Shown here: in pieces, positions 23,501-35,500 of the stretch
Numbering within the stretch: the first letter of the stretch is position 1
Layout: the number at the start of each line of letters is the position of its first letter
Assembly (NCBI GenBank): GCA_032718475.1
Contig: JAUCBJ010006445.1
Coordinates: forward strand, 1-47,892
Reading direction: 5' to 3'
Source: Nemertoderma westbladi
Taxonomy: Eukaryota; Animalia; Xenacoelomorpha
DNA length: 47,892 bases
The notes under the pieces: generated by a model
The model's input: the letters and a program-made list of their open reading frames with translations, nothing else
Database searches by the model: none
Told to the model about the DNA's origin: nothing
Program-made: the position numbers and the translations under genes

Positions 23501-26500
23501 TAACAATACCTGAAGTTCGTTGAGAAACAGCTGAGATATAGGCGTTCAAAGATTGCAAGAATTATTGTTCGCTGAAGGCCATTTATTCTATTTAATAAAT
23601 ACACGATGTTCTGGAACATTTTGTTTAAGTATGAATAGCTACACAATAGATATATTGGATAGGCATTCTGCTGTTGCCAACCAACTCATAAAATAAATAA
23701 CACGTTCTAGAATATTGTGTATTTATTGAATAGAATAAATGGCCTTCAGCGAACGATAATTCTTGCAATCTTTCAACGCCTATATCTCAGCTGTTTCTCA
23801 ACTAAATTCAGATATTGTTACATATTTGGAATCCTTGCAACGCAAGTTTTTTAATGATATGATAAAATTACGACTAATGTGAAGAATGTCCACGACACGG
23901 AGGGTGCGATTTCGCAAAAGACACTTTTTTTAAAACGCCTAAAAAAAATTTAAAGGCAAAGGTCTTTTTAAACTTAGCTATTAAATAACTGCTAGTTACT
24001 ATTGAATTCACTCACCAAACCAACCCAGCTTCCCAGCTACGATAAAAAATATAATAAAAAATAAAATAAAAAATAAAATTTTTTTTTTATAAATTTATAA
24101 AAATGAACAGTTTTTAGACAAGTTCTGAATAGCTAAGATGTTCTAGAACATTTCTCAATACGAAAAATAGTACATTAATTATCTTATTATTTTTAGAACT
24201 AATAGTATTCGAACTAATTATTGTTCTATGCAATATTTTAAAAGTCAAGGAAAAAGTAAAACCATTTAAAATGAAATATAACATGTTCAGTGACATATTT
24301 AAAAAAATGACTAAAACTATCTAGACCTAGAGTATGAAGTAACAATAATAGTAATCAGTAGCACCCAGATGAGGTAGGGCCCAAGTTACACAGAGTAATT
24401 TGTTTCTGCAACTTGTCGCTGGACTCTAGTTTAACGTAACAAAGTTATATCAACTTTGAGGTACATTTTCCACCTAAATCAAATTAAATTTATATAATAA
24501 TAAATATATACAATAAATAAATTAATAAATATAAAATAAATATATATACATTATATATAAAGGGGATATTTTAAAGAAAAGTATCAAATTTAAAAGTTTT
24601 AACCTCTTACCAACTACATGACGTGTTCGTTTTAGTAAAATATTAATCTGGGCAAATTTGGAAGACAAAATTGACGAGTGAACCACTAAAGATTCCACCC
24701 ATATCGCTAGACCTACAACAATGAAGCCAATCTCCATTATTTGACTTGTTAGATCGTGCTGACCTCATGTTTGTCTCACTATAATCGCAAATTTCGTTTG
24801 ACTGGTGTATGTAAACACAGGAACTGTAGAGTGATTAGTTCTCGAGATATTGCACATACTGTAGGTGAAAGGCAGTTGAGCTCAACATGCGAGGGAAGAA
24901 TGACTAGGCCGGAAATCCGGTGTCACTGCCTGTTATACGTATCGTCTTGACCATTACTATCAATAAAACACTGCAATTATTGTGGGACGAAGTCGAAATT
25001 ACTCTAAAGCTAAATAAATTGGCCCCCTACCGCACGCTCAAGAAGCAAATAGTTGTCGGAAAAGTTAATCACAGCGATGCGTACAGGACTGCTAGGGTTG
25101 GCCAGAGTCAGTGTCAGGACTTTAGGGTAATACGATTAGGGGTTGATAAGAAAGGGAATGCCAGTTGCGCCGTATAATGGCAATGCCAGCACGGTAAAGC
25201 AATTAGCGGTGCCAATGAATGATGTGAGTAATGCAATTTGGGGAGGACATGGTCTCGAGTGTTCTACAAGTATGTAAACCATTGTACAAAGAGGTTAGAT
25301 AAAGTGTATGTGCGGGATTGGGGCCATATTCCACACTCATTCCACATCATAACGACTCAGATTTCATTCTACAGTCCCATGAATCAATTAATAGATAATC
25401 ACTTATTCAAATGAATTACTCTCCTAAAATAAGTGTGTAGTGTGTTAGTGTGGCCGCTTTACAAAAAATATACAGCCCAGTTTGTAATTAAAATAGAAAG
25501 ATATTAAAAACGTAAGATAAAATAATAAATTAATGCGTAATAATATAGTTATTTTGATGTGATAAAAAATATCAGAGCAGCAATGCCAACATCAGCCTAA
25601 CCAATAAATCGTTTATGGGTCAATTAGCTTAAAAGTGGCCAAAAAGGGGTACAAATTGACCAAAAAATTTTGGTCGGAAATTAGTGCCATACCATACACC
25701 ATTCGAAAGATAATTTCATTGCGAATCTTGTGATGGTAGAGGGAGAGCATGAGGCGCTGCTCAAAGGGAGATATATGGCAAACACTAATGTCATATCTGT
25801 AACGTTTTTGTCTACCACTGTAACGCATTACAGTGATGACATTTATGGGACAAACGTCTGTAACGGCCATCTGTAACGGTAATTATGTTATGTGGATTTT
25901 GCAGTATTTATAACTTATTGCTTCGACAATAAGGTAATTTATTGGACAAACATCTGTAACAAACAGAGATATCTGTCCATAACCATCGCATCCATTAAAT
26001 TATATATGTACTTAATACACATGATTTCCAATAAATAGAAAAGGTTTTTCATTAACATTTTTCTGTGTAACCGATAATCTTGTTTTACACGATTTTTTTT
26101 ATCCCGTTTTAAATTTTCTCTATCGCGCCGCTTTTTATATGCTTGTTTAAAATACTCTGTATAACAACCGCGGTCCATTTTTTCTCTGTACTTATTTAAC
26201 CGCTCCCTGGCGTTTCTCTACAACTGATTCAGAGACGTCCATTACCTCATCCAATAAACGGATCTGACTAAACTTATCACAATAATATAAGTCCTTCATG
26301 TAAGTCAGTGAGTGATGTTAAGCCAATGATTTAGAAATTGATAGTAAAATATAGGCCTTTTATATGCTATGAGGATCATTGCTATCAGCATTGTTGTAAT
26401 AAATTACGCGCCTATGCAGGGAAGCCTAATAACGAAAAACGCAAAACGAAAATTCCTAAATTATTTACCACGGACCCAGAAGCTCTGGATTCATAAAATT

Positions 26501-29500
26501 TCATATGTGAAGTGAATCTGCGCTTTACTCCCCAGAATCCACAATCACCTCTTCACGGATAGAGATAAACATGAATCCGTGTTTTACTCCCCTTGGGACT
26601 GTCATATAGATATGACTGAAAACCTACAGTCTGTAACGCATCGATAACTGGTTATATAATGCGTTACAGAGGAGACATGCCCTATCTGTAACGCACTGCA
26701 CTGTAACGGTGACGCGTTACAGATGGTTGACAAAAACACTTACCACCGCCATACATCATAGGTGTTTATTTATCACATTAACTCTTGGGGTTGATGCGGC
26801 ATAAATTCAAATTGCCTTTCCACACGTACCATTATACTTGTATGAGATTAATATTATCAAAATCTATGGCCACATTTGTAGCGTTACAGATATGGACGTT
26901 TATGCTTTCTATATTGACTTTGTTAAACATAAATGCTTCCCAAATGAGATTACCTTACCCTTTGTATGTGATATTTGGCCTATATATGATAGAAACCCTG
27001 TTGATTCTAAATATATCAAAACTGTAAACCCACAGTTACTACTTCAGATTCTAGACGTAAATGTTACAGATGTGACACAAAAATTGAAAAATCCATGCCC
27101 ATTTTATGTATCGATCTCAAATGGTTCAACATGAATATTATGGCCTGAAATATATCGGAAAAGAAAGCAAAACATCTAAGCTTCCCAACAATATATAGGT
27201 TTTCTATATATTTGCTACTTGGAGTGATAAAATTTACAGTTGTTTGTGGTCTTGTCATGTAAGGGACAACTGATTTTCACGATATTTCAGTCTTTAATGC
27301 GGCATATCTTTTGACAGCCTTTACAGATTTTCATAATTTTTTGTGCGTAAGCTGCGCAAATAAATTAGCTACAAAATAATATATAACTTTATTATATACG
27401 TTTAAAACGCATTTAAAATTATATCGTAACTTCCGGACAAACCATTGGCCACTTTTAAGCTTATTGACCCTTATATTACTTTATACTACCTGCAAAGCTA
27501 TAGTGCTAAGATTGTTCTAGTAAACATATTTTCTCGTATATATTGACTAAGATAATGGGAAATAAATTCCTAATCCGTATTTAATTAGTGTTTGTATTTG
27601 CGTCTACTTGCGCACTTGTTTTGAGACGTTTTTTTAGTAAGTTCTTCGAACGTTTCTTCAGACGGAAAAACTGGCCTAAAAAAGTGGGTGAAACCATTGA
27701 AGTTAACATTAACAGAATAAAATATATAATTCCAGAACAAAACATGCACTTACGCTATTTAAACATTGAATTACAAAATTGTGTTCAGTAAATAAATATA
27801 GTACATGTACAGTTAGTAGCTAAAGTTTACAGTAGAATACAATAGATACAAAAAATAAACTATCTAAAATGGGTTGAGTGGCTAGTAGTAGTCGAGAGTC
27901 AATCTAGTAAAAAACCCATAAGTATTCGCAATCAATCCGAACCACATATTTTGGATTCTATATTTACCTTTTTAATGCCCAAAACAAAGTGTATAAAATT
28001 TTAATTTACGGAATGGAATATTCATGGAAGTTCTGCGTAAATTTGCAAACCCAAGCCAAACAGAAGGAACATTAGGGAAGAGTAAGTAGCAAATTAGTGA
28101 TGTTCCAGAATAATTTAATTAATTTCACAATAAGCTGTGATTCAATAGGAAATTAGTAATATTTACACTGGCGTGTTACACATTAATTGCTATATCTCGG
28201 AAACTAGAAGTCGCATCAAATTTTTAAATATATCAAAAACTTCACGATATATTAAGGTAACTGTTGTAAAAAAATCAGACATTTCCACTGCAAGGAAATT
28301 TCATAATTTCCATTAACTAATTATTCGTTAGCGAAGATTTTTCACATAATTAAATTGTGATTGCTCTATTGATTTTAGTAGGAGTAATTTATTTATTTGT
28401 AAAAGTTTAAAAGCCACAATAGTTTATATAATATAACAAATAAAGTGTTTTGGGGATAAGGGTTTTCGAGGTCGATAGATCCGATGGGCGAGGATACATC
28501 CACCCGTTTAGTAGAGAAGTTGTGTAAAGTTCCTTATATTGTACCAGCAAAATTGGTATTAAAAATGGATAAATTATTAGACAAATTTCCGTTTCTCTGG
28601 AAACTAAATTGGTAACTATATAGAAGTGCATACTTCTGTCAATCGATAGGCATTAGGTTCATTAGGTCCATTGGCTGTATCAAATTTGGAGAAAATCCCA
28701 CCAATAGACCCCTCGTTGTTATGTAAAATACATGTCGCTACGGAAAGAAACAGGAAATTGAAAGTGATCCGCATAATATATTTTATAGAATTTTTTGGGG
28801 GGGTTTTAACAAGGTAATGTAGAATAAAAAAATTGTGTTTGGTTGAATGGCGAATTTGTTATGGGTTGACACCCTTTTTTGGCTAGATTAACTCGCCTAT
28901 AGCAACATAATTAACATGAAAAGGTGTGCATTAAAATTAAGAGCATTTTCTCCACATATTATTTTACTATTCCTAAAAATAGGAACTATTTAATCTCTTA
29001 AAATAAGAGATTATAAATCACGAACTATAATAAAAAAATAGTTTGCATCCAGTCCCAGTCAGCATCCAGTCCCACACGGCTGCATGGCCTTTTAGATTAT
29101 TGATAATGATAACATTCAATCGTGTATTCTCACTTTTTTTTTGTACAAATCGGTTGAATATAATGAATGACGCTACCATAGGACAGACGTTGGATAGGGT
29201 AAAGAATGTTGGTATGTTACTAGATATCCCAAGCATCGCGACTTTAATAGCTGTACCTAGTGTTACAGCGATAATATGGAGACTAGTAGACAACCGAAGG
29301 GATGAACTTCGACTTAAGGAGAAGAGGAGACATTATTGGACGGATAGACTTCTTAACGACCGTCCATGGTTACTGGCGGGACCCAAATGGCACTGCGCCA
29401 CATCAAAACATGTTAGTATACTTGGACGAAAACATAACTGTTTCTAAAGTGCAATGCTTATTGAAGTTTTTCAATGATTAAAAACAAATAAAATATCGGT

Positions 29501-32500
29501 TACTAATTTAGGAAAATTCGAATGGAAACACTACCGATAGAAGTAGAAACAATAAATGGAAGACAGAAGTAGAAAATAAAACGATTGTTTTACAAGAACC
29601 GAGGATTCGAATACAGCGATGGCTTGCACCGTTAAGTCAAACAATTAAAGAGAAGATTTACTGGACTGGGAGAGACGGGAAAACTCAAGTAAGTGGTAAA
29701 ACCATTAGTGGCAAAACGCTGCACATAAGTGCGAAACACTAATAAATCAATCCGTTAGTACTTGGTGTGAGTGTAGTAGACAATAGACATTAACAGGGAC
29801 CAGAGTTGGTGTGAGTGTAGTAGACATTAACAGGGACCAGAGTTGGTGTGAGTGTAGTAGACATTAACAGGGACCAGAGTTGGTGTGAGTGTAGTAGACA
29901 TTAACAGGGACCAGAGTTGGTGAGTGTAGTAGACATTAACAGGAACCAGAGTTGGTGTGAGTGTAGTAGACATTAACAGGGACCAGAGTTGGTGTGAGTG
30001 TAGTAGAGATTAACAGGGACCAGAGTTGGTGTGAGTGTAGTAGACATTAACAGGGACCCGAGTTGGTGTGAGTGTAGTAGACATTAACTGGGGCCAGAGT
30101 TGGTGTGAGTGTAGTAGACATTAACAGGGACCAGGGTTGGTGTGAGTGTAGTAGACATTAGCAGGGACCAGAGTTGGTTTGAGTGTAGTAGGCATTAACA
30201 GGGACCAGAGTTGGTGTGAGTGTAGTAGACATTAACAGGGACCAGAGTTGGTGTGAGTGTAGTAGACATTAACAGGGACCAGAGTTGGTGTGAGTGTAGT
30301 AGACATTAACAGGGACCAGAGTTGGTGAGTGTAGTAGACATTAACAGGAACCAGAGTTGGTGTGAGTGTAGTAGACATTAACAGGGACCAGAGTTGGTGT
30401 GAGTGTAGTAGAGATTAACAGGGACCAGAGTTGGTGTGAGTGTAGTAGACATTAACAGGGACCCGAGTTGGTGTGAGTGTAGTAGACATTAACTGGGGCC
30501 AGAGTTGGTGTGAGTGTAGTAGACATTAACAGGGACCAGGGTTGGTGTGAGTGTAGTAGACATTAGCAGGGACCAGAGTTGGTGTGAGTGTAGTAGACAT
30601 TAACAGGGACCAGAGTTGGTGTGAGTGTAGTAGACATTAACAGGGACCAGAGTTGGTGTGAGTGTAGTAGACATTAACAGGGACCAGAGTTGGTGTGAGT
30701 GTAGTAGACATTAACAGGGACCAGAGTTGATGTGAGTGTAGTAGACATTAACTGGGACCAGAGTTGGTGTGAGTGTAGTAGACATTAACAGGGACCAGGG
30801 TTGGTGTGAGTGTAGTAGACATTAACAGGGACCAGAGTTGGTGTGAGTGTAGTAGACATTAACAGGGACCAGAGTTGGTGTGAGTGTAGTAGACATTAAC
30901 AGGGACCAGAGTTGGTGTGAGTGTAGTAGACATTAACAGGGACCAGAGTTGGTGTGAGTGTAGTAGACATTAACAGGGACCAGAGTTGGTGTGAGTGTAG
31001 TAGAGATTAACAGGGACCAGAGTAGGTGTGAGTGTAGTAGACATTAACAGGGACCAGAGTGGATAGACATTAACAGGGACCAGAGTGGAGAGATAGAGGT
31101 GGGTCAATGGTGTGGTGAGACACAGGGGGGGGGGGGGGGGTACAGTATGGTGGAGAGATGTGGGGGGGGGGGGGGGGGGGTGGCGTGGGTAGGAGACAGG
31201 GGTTGGGCTAAACTTGACGCAAATCCCACCTCGGCGAATAAATTTCTCGTGTGAATGATAAATTATTAATTAAGGGAAAGGAACAGGTTACCGTAGCACG
31301 TTACTCTAACCAAAACAATATACTATAGTGAAAGAACAAGTTACAGTTTAACTTTTGGGGCTAATCTGCTGTAATTTGCGTCGATTTTCCCCTGGATAGG
31401 GGTGAATTTTGAGTGCATCGAAAGTGGTGGGGATGGGGGAGGGAGGGAGGGGGGGTGGGGGGGGGGGGGGGGGGCAGTTCAAAACGGAGCACCAAACATA
31501 GTATTATATCGGTAAATAAACCGGTTAGTGAGGATGCTGTTGTTTTAGGTAAAAATATATCTCCAACCTTTAACGCCTGTCCGACAACTAACTTACAAAA
31601 TACTTATGATTTACTTCAAAATGATGCCGATGAGCCTAATGTTACACCAGTAACAGCCTCTTTCACTGCTCCGGTACAGTCTGATATATAAATACCGGTA
31701 ATTTTGTGCGTAAAAATATTTATTTATTTTTTTTTATTATTATTACTTTCATACATGTTTTTATACATAATTAGTAAATTTTAAACAGTGGCCAAAATTG
31801 ATTTGTTTATAATATTTATTTCTATAATGGCGACAGTAGTATATTCATGAGTTTGTGGTATGAAATTAGCTTCATTTAACTGTAACTCTGTGCGTACTTC
31901 CCATTCCAGATATGTAATACGTGAACTATATGACCTATCGTGCGATATTATTTTTATTCAGGAGATTATGCTTCCCACCCAAGAACTGGGGCTTTTGAAC
32001 GATTTGGATAACATATATTTTGGAAGAGGTATATCATCTGTAGATATCACAACCCACCTCCTCAAAGGTAGACAGACCACATGGTGGTTTAGGAATTTTA
32101 TATAAAAAGGAAATAGCTAATCATGTTGAAATAATTACTAGAATTTTTTGAATTAGACTAAATCTAGTCAATCCGTGATGTTCTTAAATCTATATCTACT
32201 TTATCAATGTGCGTTAGTGCCGCACACGGTTCCATGTGGTTTGCACTGACGCTGCACGTTCATTTCTTACAGACGTGTTTGTGCAGTATGACATGGCGGT
32301 CTCTGACAACATGCCTATAATTATCGATTTCAGTTTTACTTTTCCAATTATACCTGAAACAACTAATCCAAATTTTTCGGATGAGGGTATCAATGACGTC
32401 ACTGATTGGACTAAAGTCTCGCAACCACATATTGATGCATACTGTCAATTACTAAACTCTCTTATATCCAAGATTGCAATCCCGAATCCGTTGACTGGTT

Positions 32501-35500
32501 GTACGGATGGTAAGTGCGGTAGCCCGGAACATTTACATTGTATTGATGAGTTTTATATTCAAATAATTTCGGCTATTAAATCTGCCGCTCATACTACACT
32601 GCCTAAAAAGCCAAATTTGATTCTAGTGAGAATAAACCTATTCCAGGATGGAATGAATACATTAAAACTTACAACTGTCCGAAGTTTGGTGCCTCTTTAA
32701 TCAATATATACGATCAAAGTGCTCGTTTAAGCGTATGATGCGGCATTGTAAATTAAATGAGCTGTAGATTCGTTCGAACCGTTTAGAGTCTCTAATAATA
32801 TTATGAATAATTTCTGGTCCTATGTTAAAAAAACGGTAGCTCCAAGGTACCACATCTGTCATCCAAAATAGGCCCATCAGTAGGTGAGCAAAATATTTGT
32901 AATTTTTTCAAAAATAAATTAGCAAATCTATCCAACTCAGTAAATGATGATTTATTATAATCTACTGTTGAAAAGAAATTACAAAGCATTATTTTTTCTC
33001 ATGATATGCTTGTAACGGACGTTGAAGTCGCTATTTCTATCGGTAAAATTGCCAATGGCAAATGGGGAGGTTGTGTCTCTGTAGCGTTTACCGTTACCAG
33101 CGGTACCAAACAGGGGGGCATCTTATCTCCTAGCTTAACTTGTATGTAGATCATCTTAGTCTGCAATTTACATTGTCAGGTGTCGGCTGTATTGTTAATG
33201 GGCAGCGCGCGAACCATTTTATATATACGGATGACCGTAATCTTGTTTCAAACTCTGTTCATGGTCTCAAAAAACTCATTGAAATTTATGAAAATTATAC
33301 AGACTCCCATTCCATTAAAGTTAATGTGAAAAAATAAAAATTCATGGTATTCACACCTAAATCTAATAAATCTTACTGATAAATACAATGTATATTCATG
33401 GTTCATATCTAGAAACGGTGATAAATATAAATATTAAGGACACATAATTCATAACAGCACTGATGACGACTTTGATATTTTAAATCAACTGCACAGTCTT
33501 TATAAACGTGGCAATCTTCTCATTTCTAAATTCAAATATTGCTCCAGGTGAGTTAAACGAAAAATGTTTCAAAGTTTCTGCTCACAATTTTACTGTAATT
33601 CACTCTGGTACAGACGAAATTTCAGTATCGGCATGTATAACAAGCTTCGCTTGGTGGACTATAATAATATAGCCAGACGTTCGGCTAGTTCGGCTATTAT
33701 AGCTATGATTGTAGTATATCTCTTATGTTTGGAGATCTAAACCTACAAAAATTATGCCAAATCCGTTTTAAATCTATAAAATCTCGAGAAAGGGGGGGGG
33801 GGGGGGGGGGGGGGGCTGGACGCAAAACCCGCCTTGGCGAATTAATATCCCAACTCAATGTTAAATTCTCACTTTAGGGAAATGAGCAGGTTACAGTAGC
33901 ACGATATTTTAACCAAAACAATAAACTAAGCACAATAGAACAGGCTACAGTTTTATTTTTAAGAATAATCAGCTGTTATTTGCGTCGAATTTCCCCTGGA
34001 GAGGGATGAATTTTATTGAGTCCAGTCCCCCACCCCCCCCCCCCCCCCCCCTATCTCTCTTTTTGACCTCTTTCTCTTTGTTAATTCTAACGATAATATC
34101 ATTATTCGGACAATTGCATGGGCAACTATTCATACAAGTAGAATAACAGAGTCTATTTTGCTTTTGTAAAGGTTATTATTATGTATATAGAGTAGGTAAT
34201 GTATGTAAATAAGTCATATAGTGTTACTGTTTTCCTTTTTTTGTGCTTCTCGTCAATCGTACTCTGCCTATATTTGTTTGTCTTACTGTATTTTAATTTT
34301 TTTTTTACTGCAATGTATTTTATATGGACTGATCTTATTGTCTGGGATAAATAAATAAATAAATGTACACTTACAATTATTGATATGATGATTATGTGGA
34401 ATGAGTAATATGAAACGGTATTAACCTGTCAATCAAAGCATCCCACCAACAAATGAGTAACTCAATCACTGACACTGGGCACTGAGGGCACCTACCCATC
34501 CCACCCACCTTATCTCTCCCAATCACATTATTGGCTAAGTTTACCCGGACTGTACTTGTACAAGCAATTCATTATCATTTTGGTTCAGAATTAGGATGAG
34601 GATAGGGAATGTGTTGAGTGGAATAGGATTAGGATACACTCAGATAAGAATTAGCGGCAAACTTCCAAGCCTGTGTGACGCATACTTACATCACCGTTGA
34701 GAACGAAACAACACTAACAAATTGCGAGAGATTAATTTAGAAACATTTGCATGGCCATTAATCTGGAATCGTTGGGTTTCTTTCATTCTAGATTTACTAC
34801 CGGGACGGGCCCCTGCTAACCGCCGAGACCAGGGACCTAGTACAGACCTTCCCCAGTCGTTTTACGATGACCACTGGGAGCTTGTTCAACCAATCGGAAG
34901 CGAGAACGTCTGTTCTGGTGTCCAATCCGTGGTTTGGAAGTCATCCAGACCTGGAGGGGGAGGCCAGTGCGACCCGCAGACACGTGATGGATCACCGAAG
35001 ACACGTGATGGATCCCGCAACTCACAGACGGGACAACCAACCATGCAATAACTCGTGGAACATAAAACGTTTGCCAATGGGGCCGAGAGAGAGTCTAAGT
35101 TTCGGTTCAATAGACTTAAATTAAAATAGGAAACGAGTTACAATTACATAAGGCCGGTGCGCGTACGATTGTGCGGTACTGATATGACACGAGTAATTAA
35201 TTGTATTATTCAGATTTTTGTAATTTGTAAAATTTTGAAATTTGTAAATTAATTTTTGAGTAAAACGTATATAAATATAATACCACCTGGTTTTTTGTGA
35301 ATTATTCAACCAACTTTGGAAAACTGATAATATAAAATAATAATAGTAATATATAACAATAATGTAAAAATAATAGTATAATTTATAATTACTTATAATT
35401 AATATAATTACTTATTTAATGGGAGTAAGTAAGTTAACTTTCATTATCTGTGAGACATTTTTATACAAGCGAAGCGAGCTCAATATGTTATCTGTTTGAT

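Noticed and set aside
29043-29447. 134-aa plus-strand ORF in the numb intron
   Set aside because: Non-ATG start, no recognisable domain or splice context. It is possibly decayed TE sequence.
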